Shown piece by piece: positions 40,601-55,600 of a DNA stretch of 64,000 nt (position 1 is its first letter; each line of letters starts with the position of its first letter). The notes under the pieces are model-generated. The model was given only the letters and a program-made list of their open reading frames with translations, was not told where the DNA came from and made no database searches. Made by a program: the position numbers and the translations under genes. The DNA lies in assembly GCA_964016885.1 (NCBI GenBank), contig CAXHJY010001098.1:15695-79694 (forward strand). The letters run 5' to 3'. The stretch comes from Eledone cirrhosa. Its lineage: Eukaryota.

Positions 40601-43600
40601 TTACGGAGATATCTTGCTGAAATTCACGCCGCACATAGCCAATGAGTGTCTGCACATGTACCAGTAATTACAGATCTATCCGACCACGGGCGGCCGGCCC
40701 GCGATTGAAAAGGTAACTCCGCCGGCAAATCGTCATTTTTGGATTCGTTTTCTTCGAAGCACACCATTCGCCGGCGGACTTTGTTGACGTTTAACACGGT
40801 TTGGTTCCACAGCCACAACTATTGATTTTACGGAGATATCTTGCTGAAATTCACGCCGCACATAGCCAATGAGTGTCTGCACATGTACCAGTAATTACAG
40901 ATCGATCCGACCACGGGCGGCCGGTCCGCGATTGAAAAGGTAACTCCGCCGGCAAATCGTCATTTTTGGATTCGTTTTCTTCGAAGCACACCATTCGCCG
41001 GCGGACTTTGTTGACGTTTAACACGGTTTGGTTCCACAGCCACAACTATTGAATTCACGGAGATATCTTGCTGAAATTCACGCCACACATAGCCAATGAG
41101 TGTCTGCACATGTACCAGTAATTACAGATCGATCCGACCACGGGCGGCCGGCCCGCGATTGAAAAGGTAACTCCGCCGGCAAATCGTCATTTTTGGATTC
41201 GTTTTCTTCGAAGCACACCATTCGCCGGCGGACTTTGTTGACGTTTAACACGGTTTGGTTCCACAGCCACAACTATTGATTTTACGGAGATATCTTGCTG
41301 AAATTCACGCCACACATAGCCAATGAGTGTCTGCACATGTACCAGTAATTACAGATCGATCCGACCACGGGCGGCCGGCCCGCGATTGAAAAGGTAACTC
41401 CGCCGGCAAATCGTCATTTTTGGATTCGTTTTCTTCGAAGCACACCATTCGCCGGCGGACTTTGTTGACGTTTAACACGGTTTGGTTCCACAGCCACAAC
41501 TATTGATTTTACGGAGATATCTTGCTGAAATTCACGCCGCACATAGCCAATGAGTGTCTGCACATGTACCAGTAATTACAGATCGATCTGACCACGGGCG
41601 GCCGGCCCGCGATTGAAAAGGTAACTCCGCCGGCAAATCGTCATTTTTGGATTCGTTTTCTTCGAAGCACACCATTCGCCGGCGGACTTTGTTGACGTTT
41701 AACACGGTTTGGTTCCACAGCCACAACTATTGATTTTACGGAGATATCTTGCTGAAATTCACGCCGCACATAGCCAATGAGTGTCTGCACATGTACCAGT
41801 AATTACAGATCTATCCGACCACGGGCGGCCGGCCCGCGATTGAAAAGGTAACTCCGCCGGCAAATCGTCATTTTTGGATTCGTTTTCTTCGAAGCACACC
41901 ATTCGCCGGCGGACTTTGTTGACGTTTAACACGGTTTGGTTCCACAGCCACAACTATTGATTTTACGGAGATATCTTGCTGAAATTCACGCCGCACATAG
42001 CCAATGAGTGTCTGCACATGTACCAGTAATTACAGATCGATCCGACCACGGGCGGCCGGTCCGCGATTGAAAAGGTAACTCCGCCGGCAAATCGTCATTT
42101 TTGGATTCGTTTTCTTCGAAGCACACCATTCGCCGGCGGACTTTGTTGACGTTTAACACGGTTTGGTTCCACAGCCACAACTATTGAATTCACGGAGATA
42201 TCTTGCTGAAATTCACGCCACACATAGCCAATGAGTGTCTGCACATGTACCAGCAATTACAGATCGATCCGACCACGGGCGGCCGGCCCGCGATTGAAAA
42301 GGTAACTCCGCCGGCAAATCGTCATTTTTGGATTCGTTTTCTTCGAAGCACACCATTCGCCGGCGGACTTTGTTGACGTTTAACACGGTTTGGTTCCACA
42401 GCCACAACTATTGATTTTACGGAGATATCTTGCTGAAATTCACGCCGCACATAGCCAATGAGTGTCTGCACATGTACCAGTAATTACAGATCGATCCGAC
42501 CACGGGCGGCCGGCCCGCGATTGAAAAGGTAACTCCGCCGGCAAATCGTCATTTTTGGATTCGTTTTCTTCGAAGCACACCATTCGCCGGCGGACTTTGT
42601 TGACGTTTAACACGGTTTGGTTCCACAGCCACAACTATTGATTTTACGGAGATATCTTGCTGAAATTCACGCCGCACATAGCCAATGGGTGTCTGCACAT
42701 GTACCAGTAATTACAGATCGATCCGACCACGGGCGGCCGGCCCGCGATTGAAAAGGTAACTCCGCCGGCAAATCGTCATTTTTGGATTCGTTTTCTTCGA
42801 AGCACACCATTCGCCGGCGGACTTTGTTGACGTTTAACACGGTTTGGTTCCACAGCCACAACTATTGAATTCACGGAGATATCTTGCTGAAATTCACGCC
42901 ACACATAGCCAATGAGTGTCTGCACATGTACCAGTAATTACAGATCGATCCGACCACGGGCGGCCGGCCCGCGATTGAAAAGGTAACTCCGCCGGCAAAT
43001 CGTCATTTTTGGATTCGTTTTCTTCGAAGCACACCATTCGCCGGCGGACTTTGTTGACGTTTAACACGGTTTGGTTCCACAGCCACAACTATTGATTTTA
43101 CGGAGATATCTTGCTGAAATTCACGCCGCACATAGCCAATGAGTGTCTGCACATGTACCAGTAATTACAGATCGATCCGACCACGGGCGGCCGGCCCGCG
43201 ATTGAAAAGGTAACTCCGCCGGCAAATCGTCATTTTTGGATTCGTTTTCTTCGAAGCACACCATTTGCCGGCGGACTTTGTTGACGTTTAACACGGTTTG
43301 GTTCCACAGCCACAACTATTGATTTTATGGAGATATCTTGCTGAAATTCACGCCGCACATAGCCAATGAGTGTCTGCACATGTACCAGTAATTACAGATC
43401 GATCCGACCACGGGCGGCCGGTCCGCGATTGAAAAGGTAACTCCGCCGGCAAATCGTCATTTTTGGATTCGTTTTCTTCGAAGCACACCATTCGCCGGCG
43501 GACTTTGTTGACGTTTAACACGGTTTGGTTCCACAGCCACAACTATTGAATTCACGGAGATATCTTGCTGAAATTCACGCCACACATAGCCAATGAGTGT

Positions 43601-46000
43601 CTGCACATGTACCAGTAATTACAGATCGATCCGACCACGGGCGGCCGGCCCGCGATTGAAAAGGTAACTCCGCCGGCAAATCGTCATTTTTGGATTCGTT
43701 TTCTTCGAAGCACACCATTCGCCGGCGGACTTTGTTGACGTTTAACACGGTTTGGTTCCACAGCCACAACTATTGATTTTACGGAGATATCTTGCTGAAA
43801 TTCACGCCGCACATAGCCAATGAGTGTCTGCACATGTACCAGTAATTACAGATCGATCTGACCACGGGCGGCCGGCCCGCGATTGAAAAGGTAACTCCGC
43901 CGGCAAATCGTCATTTTTGGATTCGTTTTCTTCGAAGCACACCATTCGCCGGCGGACTTTGTTGACGTTTAACACGGTTTGGTTCCACAGCCACAACTAT
44001 TGATTTTACGGAGATATCTTGCTGAAATTCACGCCGCACATAGCCAATGAGTGTCTGCACATGTACCAGTAATTACAGATCTATCCGACCACGGGCGGCC
44101 GGCCCGCGATTGAAAAGGTAACTCCGCCGGCAAATCGTCATTTTTGGATTCGTTTTCTTCGAAGCACACCATTCGCCGGCGGACTTTGTTGACGTTTAAC
44201 ACGGTTTGGTTCCACAGCCACAACTATTGAATTCACGGAGATATCTTGCTGAAATTCACGCCACACATAGCCAATGAGTGTCTGCACATGTACCAGTAAT
44301 TACAGATCGATCCGACCACGGGCGGCCGGCCCGCGATTGAAAAGGTAACTCCGCCGGCAAATCGTCATTTTTGGATTCGTTTTCTTCGAAGCACACCATT
44401 CGCCGGCGGACTTTGTTGACGTTTAACACGGTTTGGTTCCACAGCCACAACTATTGATTTTACGGAGATATCTTGCTGAAATTCACGCCGCACATAGCCA
44501 ATGAGTGTCTGCACATGTACCAGTAATTACAGATCGATCCGACCACGGGCGGCCGGCCCGCGATTGAAAAGGTAACTCCGCCGGCAAATCGTCATTTTTG
44601 GATTCGTTTTCTTCGAAGCACACCATTCGCCGGCGGACTTTGTTGACGTTTAACACGGTTTGGTTCCACAGCCACAACTATTGATTTTACGGAGATATCT
44701 TGCTGAAATTCACGCCGCACATAGCCAATGGGTGTCTGCACATGTACCAGTAATTACAGATCGATCCGACCACGGGCGGCCGGCCCGCGATTGAAAAGGT
44801 AACTCCGCCGGCAAATCGTCATTTTTGGATTCGTTTTCTTCGAAGCACACCATTCGCCGGCGGACATTGTTGACGTTTAACACGGTTTGGTTCCACAGCC
44901 ACAACTATTGATTTTACGGAGCTATCTTGCTGAAATTCACGCCACACATAGCCAATGAGTGTCTGCACATGTACCAGTAATTACAGATCGATCCGACCAC
45001 GGGCGGCCGGCCCGCGATTGAAAAGGTAACTCCGCCGGCAAATCGTCATTTTTGGATTCGTTTTCTTCGAAGCACACCATTCGCCGGCGGACTTTGTTGA
45101 CGTTTAACACGGTTTGGTTCCACAGCCACAACTATTGATTTTACGGAGATATCTTGCTGAAATTCACGCCGCACATAGCCAATGAGTGTCTGCACATGTA
45201 CCAGTAATTACAGATCGATCCGACCACGGGCGGCCGGCCCGCGATTGAAAAGGTAACTCCGCCGGCAAATCGTCATTTTTGGATTCGTTTTCTTCGAAGC
45301 ACACCATTCGCCGGCGGACTTTGTTGACGTTTAACACGGTTTGGTTCCACAGCCACAACTATTGATTTTACGGAGATATCTTGCTGAAATTCACGCCGCA
45401 CATAGCCAATGAGTGTCTGCACATGTACCAGTAATTACAGATCTATCCGACCACGGGCGGCCGGCCCGCGATTGAAAAGGTAACTCCGCCGGCAAATCGT
45501 CATTTTTGGATTCGTTTTCTTCGAAGCACACCATTCGCCGGCGGACTTTGTTGACGTTTAACACGGTTTGGTTCCACAGCCACAACTATTGATTTTACGG
45601 AGATATCTTGCTGAAATTCACGCCGCACATAGCCAATGAGTGTCTGCACATGTACCAGTAATTACAGATCGATCCGACCACGGGCGGCCGGTCCGCGATT
45701 GAAAAGGTAACTCCGCCGGCAAATCGTCATTTTTGGATTCGTTTTCTTCGAAGCACACCATTCGCCGGCGGACTTTGTTGACGTTTAACACGGTTTGGTT
45801 CCACAGCCACAACTATTGAATTCACGGAGATATCTTGCTGAAATTCACGCCACACATAGCCAATGAGTGTCTGCACATGTACCAGTAATTACAGATCGAT
45901 CCGACCACGGGCGGCCGGCCCGCGATTGAAAAGGTAACTCCGCCGGCAAATCGTCATTTTTGGATTCGTTTTCTTCGAAGCACACCATTCGCCGGCGGAC
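13611..46000. repeat. Large higher-order unit (~33-53 monomers; 9,080-bp and 7,491-bp periods) present ~3.5 times
   Basis: T32C (VIAG) at ORFs 13611, 25642, 34722, 42213; C51G (GRPC) at 22691, 31771, 39262; G74A monomers at 21783, 30863, 38354; G56A (GRSW) at 24961, 34041. Spacings are 9,080 bp (40 monomers) and then 7,491 bp (33 monomers). Confidence 0.88.
14292..20647. repeat. Second 14-monomer (3,178-bp) duplication, each copy containing a nested 3-monomer (681-bp) duplication
   Basis: C136T (R>Q in the ORF track) occurs at 14519/15200 and 17697/18378. C65T monomers follow each one. A12G+T147A monomers occur at 16789 and 19967. Confidence 0.9.
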
Positions 46001-48341
46001 TTTGTTGACGTTTAACACGGTTTGGTTCCACAGCCACAACTATTGATTTTACGGAGATATCTTGCTGAAATTCACGCCGCACATAGCCAATGAGTGTCTG
46101 CACATGTACCAGTAATTACAGATCGATCCGACCACGGGCGGCCGGCCCGCGATTGAAAAGGTAACTCCGCCGGCAAATCGTCATTTTTGGATTCGTTTTC
46201 TTCGAAGCACACCATTCGCCGGCGGACTTTGTTGACGTTTAACACGGTTTGGTTCCACAGCCACAACTATTGATTTTACGGAGATATCTTGCTGAAATTC
46301 ACGCCGCACATAGCCAATGGGTGTCTGCACATGTACCAGTAATTACAGATCGATCCGACCACGGGCGGCCGGCCCGCGATTGAAAAGGTAACTCCGCCGG
46401 CAAATCGTCATTTTTGGATTCGTTTTCTTCGAAGCACACCATTCGCCGGCGGACATTGTTGACGTTTAACACGGTTTGGTTCCACAGCCACAACTATTGA
46501 TTTTACGAAGATATCTTGCTGAAATTCACGCCGCACATAGCCAATGAGTGTCTGCACATGTACCAGTAATTACAAATCGATCCGACCACGGGCGGCCGGC
46601 CCGCGATTGAAAAGGTAACTCCGCCGGCAAATCGTCATTTTTGGATTCGTTTTCTTCGAAGCACACCATTCGCCGGCGGACTTTGTTGACGTTTAACACG
46701 GTTTGGTTCCACAGCCACAACTATTGATTTTACGGAGATATCTTGCTGAAATTCACGCCGCACATAGCCAATGAGTGTCTGCACATGTACCAGTAATTAC
46801 AGATCGATCCGACCACGGGCGGCCGGCCCGCGATTGAAAAGGTAACTCCGCCGGCAAATCGTCATTTTTGGATTCGTTTTCTTCGAAGCACACCATTCGC
46901 CGGCGGACTTTGTTGACGTTTAACACGGTTTGGTTCCACAGCCACAACTATTGATTTTACGGAGATATCTTGCTGAAATTCACGCCGCACATAGCCAATG
47001 AGTGTCTGCACATGTACCAGTAATTACAGATCTATCCGACCACGGGCGGCCGGCCCGCGATTGAAAAGGTAACTCCGCCGGCAAATCGTCATTTTTGGAT
47101 TCGTTTTCTTCGAAGCACACCATTCGCCGGCGGACTTTGTTGACGTTTAACACGGTTTGGTTCCACAGCCACAACTATTGATTTTACGGAGATATCTTGC
47201 TGAAATTCACGCCGCACATAGCCAATGAGTGTCTGCACATGTACCAGTAATTACAGATCGATCCGACCACGGGCGGCCGGTCCGCGATTGAAAAGGTAAC
47301 TCCGCCGGCAAATCGTCATTTTTGGATTCGTTTTCTTCGAAGCACACCATTCGCCGGCGGACTTTGTTGACGTTTAACACGGTTTGGTTCCACAGCCACA
47401 ACTATTGAATTCACGGAGATATCTTGCTGAAATTCACGCCACACATAGCCAATGAGTGTCTGCACATGTACCAGTAATTACAGATCGATCCGACCACGGG
47501 CGGCCGGCCCGCGATTGAAAAGGTAACTCCGCCGGCAAATCGTCATTTTTGGATTCGTTTTCTTCGAAGCACACCATTCGCCGGCGGACTTTGTTGACGT
47601 TTAACACGGTTTGGTTCCACAGCCACAACTATTGATTTTACGGAGATATCTTGCTGAAATTCACGCCGCACATAGCCAATGAGTGTCTGCACATGTACCA
47701 GTAATTACAGATCGATCCGACCACGGGCGGCCGGCCCGCGATTGAAAAGGTAACTCCGCCGGCAAATCGTCATTTTTGGATTCGTTTTCTTCGAAGCACA
47801 CCATTCGCCGGCGGACTTTGTTGACGTTTAACACGGTTTGGTTCCACAGCCACAACTATTGATTTTACGGAGATATCTTGCTGAAATTCACGCCGCACAT
47901 AGCCAATGGGTGTCTGCACATGTACCAGTAATTACAGATCGATCCGACCACGGGCGGCCGGCCCGCGATTGAAAAGGTAACTCCGCCGGCAAATCGTCAT
48001 TTTTGGATTCGTTTTCTTCGAAGCACACCATTCGCCGGCGGACATTGTTGACGTTTAACACGGTTTGGTTCCACAGCCACAACTATTGATTTTACGAAGA
48101 TATCTTGCTGAAATTCACGCCGCACATAGCCAATGAGTGTCTGCACATGTACCAGTAATTACAAATCGATCCGACCACGGGCGGCCGGCCCGCGATTGAA
48201 AAGGTAACTCCGCCGGCAAATCGTCATTTTTGGATTCGTTTTCTTCGAAGCACACCATTCGCCGGCGGACTTTGTTGACGTTTAACACGGTTTGGTTCCA
48301 CAGCCACAACTATTGATTATACGGAGATATCTTGCTGAAAT
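45164..48341. repeat. 7-monomer (1,589-bp) tandem block duplication
   Basis: The order consensus, G44T, C65T, G225A-type, consensus, A12G+T147A+G200A, G40A occurs twice. The G40A (DRF) markers are at 46526 and 48115. Confidence 0.85.
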
Positions 48342-51300
48342 TCACGCCACACATAGCCAATGAGTGTCTGCACATGTACCAGTAATTACAGATCGATCCG
48401 ACCACGGGCGGCCGGCCCGCGATTAAAAAGGTAACTCCGCCGGCAAATCGTCATTTTTGGATTCGTTTTCTTCGAAGCACACCATTCGCCGGCGGACTTT
48501 GTTGACGTTTAACACGGTTTGGTTCCACAGCCACAACTATTGAATTTACGGAGATATCTTGCTGAAATTCACGCCACACATAGCCAATGAGTGTCTGCAC
48601 ATGTACCAGTAATTACAGATCGATCTGACCACGGGCGGCCGGCCCGCGATTGAAAAGGTAACTCCGCCGGCAAATCGTCATTTTTGGATTCGTTTTCTTC
48701 GAAGCACACCATTCGCCGGCGGACTTTGTTGACGTTTAACACGGTTTGGTTCCACAGCCACAACTATTGATTTTACGGAGATATCTTGCTGAAATTCACG
48801 CCGCACATAGCCAATGAGTGTCTGCACATGTACCAGTAATTACAGATCGATCCGACCACGGGCGGCCGGCCCGCGATTGAAAAGGTAACTCCGCCGGCAA
48901 ATCGTCATTTTTGGATTCGTTTTCTTCGAAGCACACCATTCGCCGGCGGACTTTGTTGACGTTTAACACGGTTTGGTTCCACAGCCACAACTATTGATTT
49001 TACGGAGATATCTTGCTGAAATTCACGCCGCACATAGCCAATGAGTGTCTGCACATGTACCAGTAATTACAGATCGATCCGACCACGGGCGGCCGGCCCG
49101 CGATTGAAAAGGTAACTCCGCCGGCAAATCGTCATTTTTGGATTCGTTTTCTTCGAAGCACACCATTCGCCGGCGGACTTTGTTGACGTTTAACACGGTT
49201 TGGTTCCACAGCCACAACTATTGATTTTACGGAGATATCTTGCTGAAATTCACGCCGCACATAGCCAATGAGTGTCTGCACATGTACCAGTAATTACAAA
49301 TCGATCCGACCACGGGCGGCCGGCCCGCGATTGAAAAGGTAACTCCGCCGGCAAATCGTCATTTTTGGATTCGTTTTCTTCGAAGCACACCATTCGCCGG
49401 CGGACTTTGTTGACGTTTAACACGGTTTGGTTCCACAGCCACAACTATTGATTTTACGGAGATATCTTGCTGAAATTCACGCCACACATAGCCAATGAGT
49501 GTCTGCACATGTACCAGTAATTACAGATCGATCCGACCACGGGCGGCCGGCCCGCGATTAAAAAGGTAACTCCGCCGGCAAATCGTCATTTTTGGATTCG
49601 TTTTCTTCGAAGCACACCATTCGCCGGCGGACTTTGTTGACGTTTAACACGGTTTGGTTCCACAGCCACAACTATTGAATTTACGGAGATATCTTGCTGA
49701 AATTCACGCCACACATAGCCAATGAGTGTCTGCACATGTACCAGTAATTACAGATCGATCTGACCACGGGCGGCCGGCCCGCGATTGAAAAGGTAACTCC
49801 GCCGGCAAATCGTCATTTTTGGATTCGTTTTCTTCGAAGCACACCATTCGCCGGCGGACTTTGTTGACGTTTAACACGGTTTGGTTCCACAGCCACAACT
49901 ATTGATTTTACGGAGATATCTTGCTGAAATTCACGCCGCACATAGCCAATGAGTGTCTGCACATGTACCAGTAATTACAGATCGATCCGACCACGGGCGG
50001 CCGGCCCGCGATTGAAAAGGTAACTCCGCCGGCAAATCGTCATTTTTGGATTCGTTTTCTTCGAAGCACACCATTCGCCGGCGGACTTTGTTGACGTTTA
50101 ACACGGTTTGGTTCCACAGCCACAACTATTGATGTTACGGAGATATCTTGCTGAAATTCACGCCGCACATAGCCAATGAGTGTCTGCACATGTACCAGTA
50201 ATTACAGATCGATCCGACCACGGGCGGCCGGCCCGCGATTGAAAAGGTAACTCCGCCGGCAAATCGTCATTTTTGGATTCGTTTTCTTCGAAGCACACCA
50301 TTCGCCGGCGGACATTGTTGACGTTTAACACGGTTTGGTTCCACAGCCACAACTATTGATTTTACGGAGATATCTTGCTGAAATTCACGCCACACATAGC
50401 CAATGAGTGTCTGCACATGTACCAGTAATTACAGATCGATCCGACCACGGGCGGCCGGCCCGCGATTGAAAAGGTAACTCCGCCGGCAAATCGTCATTTT
50501 TGGATTCGTTTTCTTCGAAGCACACCATTCGCCGGCGGACTTTGTTGACGTTTAACACGGTTTGGTTCCACAGCCACAACTATTGAATTCACGGAGATAT
50601 CTTGCTGAAATTCACGCCACACATAGCCAATGAGTGTCTGCACATGTACCAGTAATTACAGATCGATCCGACCACGGGCGGCCGGCCCGCGATTGAAAAG
50701 GTAACTCCGCCGGCAAATCGTCATTTTTGGATTCGTTTTCTTCGAAGCACACCATTCGCCGGCGGACATTGTTGACGTTTAACACGGTTTGGTTCCACAG
50801 CCACAACTATTGATTTTACGGAGATATCTTGCTGAAATTCACGCCACACATAGCCAATGAGTGTCTGCACATGTACCAGTAATTACAGATCGATCCGACC
50901 ACGGGCGGCCGGCCCGCGATTGAAAAGGTAACTCCGCCGGCAAATCGTCATTTTTGGATTCGTTTTCTTCGAAGCACACCATTCGCCGGCGGACTTTGTT
51001 GACGTTTAACACGGTTTGGTTCCACAGCCACAACTATTGATTTTACGGAGATATCTTGCTGAAATTCACGCCGCACATAGCCAATGAGTGTCTGCACATG
51101 TACCAGTAATTACAGATCGATCCGACCACGGGCGGCCGGCCCGCGATTGAAAAGGTAACTCCGCCGGCAAATCGTCATTTTTGGATTCGTTTTCTTCGAA
51201 GCACACCATTCGCCGGCGGACATTGTTGACGTTTAACACGGTTTGGTTCCACAGCCACAACTATTGATTTTACGGAGATATCTTGCTGAAATTCACGCCA

Positions 51301-54300
51301 CACATAGCCAATGAGTGTCTGCACATGTACCAGTAATTACAGATCGATCCGACCACGGGCGGCCGGCCCGCGATTGAAAAGGTAACTCCGCCGGCAAATC
51401 GTCATTTTTGGATTCGTTTTCTTCGAAGCACACCATTCGCCGGCGGACTTTGTTGACGTTTAACACGGTTTGGTTCCACAGCCACAACTATTGATTTTAC
51501 GGAGATATCTTGCTGAAATTCACGCCGCACATAGCCAATGAGTGTCTGCACATGTACCAGTAATTACAGATCGATCCGACCACGGGCGGCCGGCCCGCGA
51601 TTGAAAAGGTAACTCCGCCGGCAAATCGTCATTTTTGGATTCGTTTTCTTCGAAGCACACCATTCGCCGGCGGACTTTGTTGACGTTTAACACGGTTTGG
51701 TTCCACAGCCACAACTATTGATTTTACGGAGATATCTTGCTGAAATTCACGCCGCACATAGCCAATGGGTGTCTGCACATGTACCAGTAATTACAGATCG
51801 ATCCGACCACGGGCGGCCGGCCCGCGATTGAAAAGGTAACTCCGCCGGCAAATCGTCATTTTTGGATTCGTTTTCTTCGAAGCACACCATTCGCCGGCGG
51901 ACATTGTTGACGTTTAACACGGTTTGGTTCCACAGCCACAACTATTGATTTTACGAAGATATCTTGCTGAAATTCACGCCGCACATAGCCAATGAGTGTC
52001 TGCACATGTACCAGTAATTACAAATCGATCCGACCACGGGCGGCCGGCCCGCGATTGAAAAGGTAACTCCGCCGGCAAATCGTCATTTTTGGATTCGTTT
52101 TCTTCGAAGCACACCATTCGCCGGCGGACTTTGTTGACGTTTAACACGGTTTGGTTCCACAGCCACAACTATTGATTTTACGGAGATATCTTGCTGAAAT
52201 TCACGCCACACATAGCCAATGAGTGTCTGCACATGTACCAGTAATTACAGATCGATCCGACCACGGGCGGCCGGCCCGCGATTAAAAAGGTAACTCCGCC
52301 GGCAAATCGTCATTTTTGGATTCGTTTTCTTCGAAGCACACCATTCGCCGGCGGACTTTGTTGACGTTTAACACGGTTTGGTTCCACAGCCACAACTATT
52401 GAATTTACGGAGATATCTTGCTGAAATTCACGCCACACATAGCCAATGAGTGTCTGCACATGTACCAGTAATTACAGATCGATCTGACCACGGGCGGCCG
52501 GCCCGCGATTGAAAAGGTAACTCCGCCGGCAAATCGTCATTTTTGGATTCGTTTTCTTCGAAGCACACCATTCGCCGGCGGACTTTGTTGACGTTTAACA
52601 CGGTTTGGTTCCACAGCCACAACTATTGATTTTACGGAGATATCTTGCTGAAATTCACGCCGCACATAGCCAATGAGTGTCTGCACATGTACCAGTAATT
52701 ACAGATCGATCCGACCACGGGCGGCCGGCCCGCGATTGAAAAGGTAACTCCGCCGGCAAATCGTCATTTTTGGATTCGTTTTCTTCGAAGCACACCATTC
52801 GCCGGCGGACTTTGTTGACGTTTAACACGGTTTGGTTCCACAGCCACAACTATTGATTTTACGGAGATATCTTGCTGAAATTCACGCCGCACATAGCCAA
52901 TGAGTGTCTGCACATGTACCAGTAATTACAGATCGATCCGACCACGGGCGGCCGGCCCGCGATTGAAAAGGTAACTCCGCCGGCAAATCGTCATTTTTGG
53001 ATTCGTTTTCTTCGAAGCACACCATTCGCCGGCGGACTTTGTTGACGTTTAACACGGTTTGGTTCCACAGCCACAACTATTGATTTTACGGAGATATCTT
53101 GCTGAAATTCACGCCGCACATAGCCAATGAGTGTCTGCACATGTACCAGTAATTACAAATCGATCCGACCACGGGCGGCCGGCCCGCGATTGAAAAGGTA
53201 ACTCCGCCGGCAAATCGTCATTTTTGGATTCGTTTTCTTCGAAGCACACCATTCGCCGGCGGACTTTGTTGACGTTTAACACGGTTTGGTTCCACAGCCA
53301 CAACTATTGATTTTACGGAGATATCTTGCTGAAATTCACGCCACACATAGCCAATGAGTGTCTGCACATGTACCAGTAATTACAGATCGATCCGACCACG
53401 GGCGGCCGGCCCGCGATTAAAAAGGTAACTCCGCCGGCAAATCGTCATTTTTGGATTCGTTTTCTTCGAAGCACACCATTCGCCGGCGGACTTTGTTGAC
53501 GTTTAACACGGTTTGGTTCCACAGCCACAACTATTGAATTTACGGAGATATCTTGCTGAAATTCACGCCACACATAGCCAATGAGTGTCTGCACATGTAC
53601 CAGTAATTACAGATCGATCTGACCACGGGCGGCCGGCCCGCGATTGAAAAGGTAACTCCGCCGGCAAATCGTCATTTTTGGATTCGTTTTCTTCGAAGCA
53701 CACCATTCGCCGGCGGACTTTGTTGACGTTTAACACGGTTTGGTTCCACAGCCACAACTATTGATTTTACGGAGATATCTTGCTGAAATTCACGCCGCAC
53801 ATAGCCAATGAGTGTCTGCACATGTACCAGTAATTACAGATCGATCCGACCACGGGCGGCCGGCCCGCGATTGAAAAGGTAACTCCGCCGGCAAATCGTC
53901 ATTTTTGGATTCGTTTTCTTCGAAGCACACCATTCGCCGGCGGACTTTGTTGACGTTTAACACGGTTTGGTTCCACAGCCACAACTATTGATGTTACGGA
54001 GATATCTTGCTGAAATTCACGCCGCACATAGCCAATGAGTGTCTGCACATGTACCAGTAATTACAGATCGATCCGACCACGGGCGGCCGGCCCGCGATTG
54101 AAAAGGTAACTCCGCCGGCAAATCGTCATTTTTGGATTCGTTTTCTTCGAAGCACACCATTCGCCGGCGGACATTGTTGACGTTTAACACGGTTTGGTTC
54201 CACAGCCACAACTATTGATTTTACGGAGATATCTTGCTGAAATTCACGCCACACATAGCCAATGAGTGTCTGCACATGTACCAGTAATTACAGATCGATC

Positions 54301-55600
54301 CGACCACGGGCGGCCGGCCCGCGATTGAAAAGGTAACTCCGCCGGCAAATCGTCATTTTTGGATTCGTTTTCTTCGAAGCACACCATTCGCCGGCGGACT
54401 TTGTTGACGTTTAACACGGTTTGGTTCCACAGCCACAACTATTGAATTCACGGAGATATCTTGCTGAAATTCACGCCACACATAGCCAATGAGTGTCTGC
54501 ACATGTACCAGTAATTACAGATCGATCCGACCACGGGCGGCCGGCCCGCGATTGAAAAGGTAACTCCGCCGGCAAATCGTCATTTTTGGATTCGTTTTCT
54601 TCGAAGCACACCATTCGCCGGCGGACATTGTTGACGTTTAACACGGTTTGGTTCCACAGCCACAACTATTGATTTTACGGAGATATCTTGCTGAAATTCA
54701 CGCCACACATAGCCAATGAGTGTCTGCACATGTACCAGTAATTACAGATCGATCCGACCACGGGCGGCCGGCCCGCGATTGAAAAGGTAACTCCGCCGGC
54801 AAATCGTCATTTTTGGATTCGTTTTCTTCGAAGCACACCATTCGCCGGCGGACTTTGTTGACGTTTAACACGGTTTGGTTCCACAGCCACAACTATTGAT
54901 TTTACGGAGATATCTTGCTGAAATTCACGCCGCACATAGCCAATGAGTGTCTGCACATGTACCAGTAATTACAGATCGATCCGACCACGGGCGGCCGGCC
55001 CGCGATTGAAAAGGTAACTCCGCCGGCAAATCGTCATTTTTGGATTCGTTTTCTTCGAAGCACACCATTCGCCGGCGGACATTGTTGACGTTTAACACGG
55101 TTTGGTTCCACAGCCACAACTATTGATTTTACGGAGATATCTTGCTGAAATTCACGCCACACATAGCCAATGAGTGTCTGCACATGTACCAGTAATTACA
55201 GATCGATCCGACCACGGGCGGCCGGCCCGCGATTGAAAAGGTAACTCCGCCGGCAAATCGTCATTTTTGGATTCGTTTTCTTCGAAGCACACCATTCGCC
55301 GGCGGACTTTGTTGACGTTTAACACGGTTTGGTTCCACAGCCACAACTATTGATTTTACGGAGATATCTTGCTGAAATTCACGCCGCACATAGCCAATGA
55401 GTGTCTGCACATGTACCAGTAATTACAGATCGATCCGACCACGGGCGGCCGGCCCGCGATTGAAAAGGTAACTCCGCCGGCAAATCGTCATTTTTGGATT
55501 CGTTTTCTTCGAAGCACACCATTCGCCGGCGGACTTTGTTGACGTTTAACACGGTTTGGTTCCACAGCCACAACTATTGATTTTACGGAGATATCTTGCT
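47434..55600. repeat. 17-monomer (3,859-bp) tandem block duplication, with a further near-complete copy at ~60373-64000
   Basis: G40A at 48115/51974 and 49250/53109, G74A monomers at 48342/52201 and 49477/53336, and T194G at ~50134/53993 are all 3,859 bp apart. The same order resumes at 60600-63972. Confidence 0.88.
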
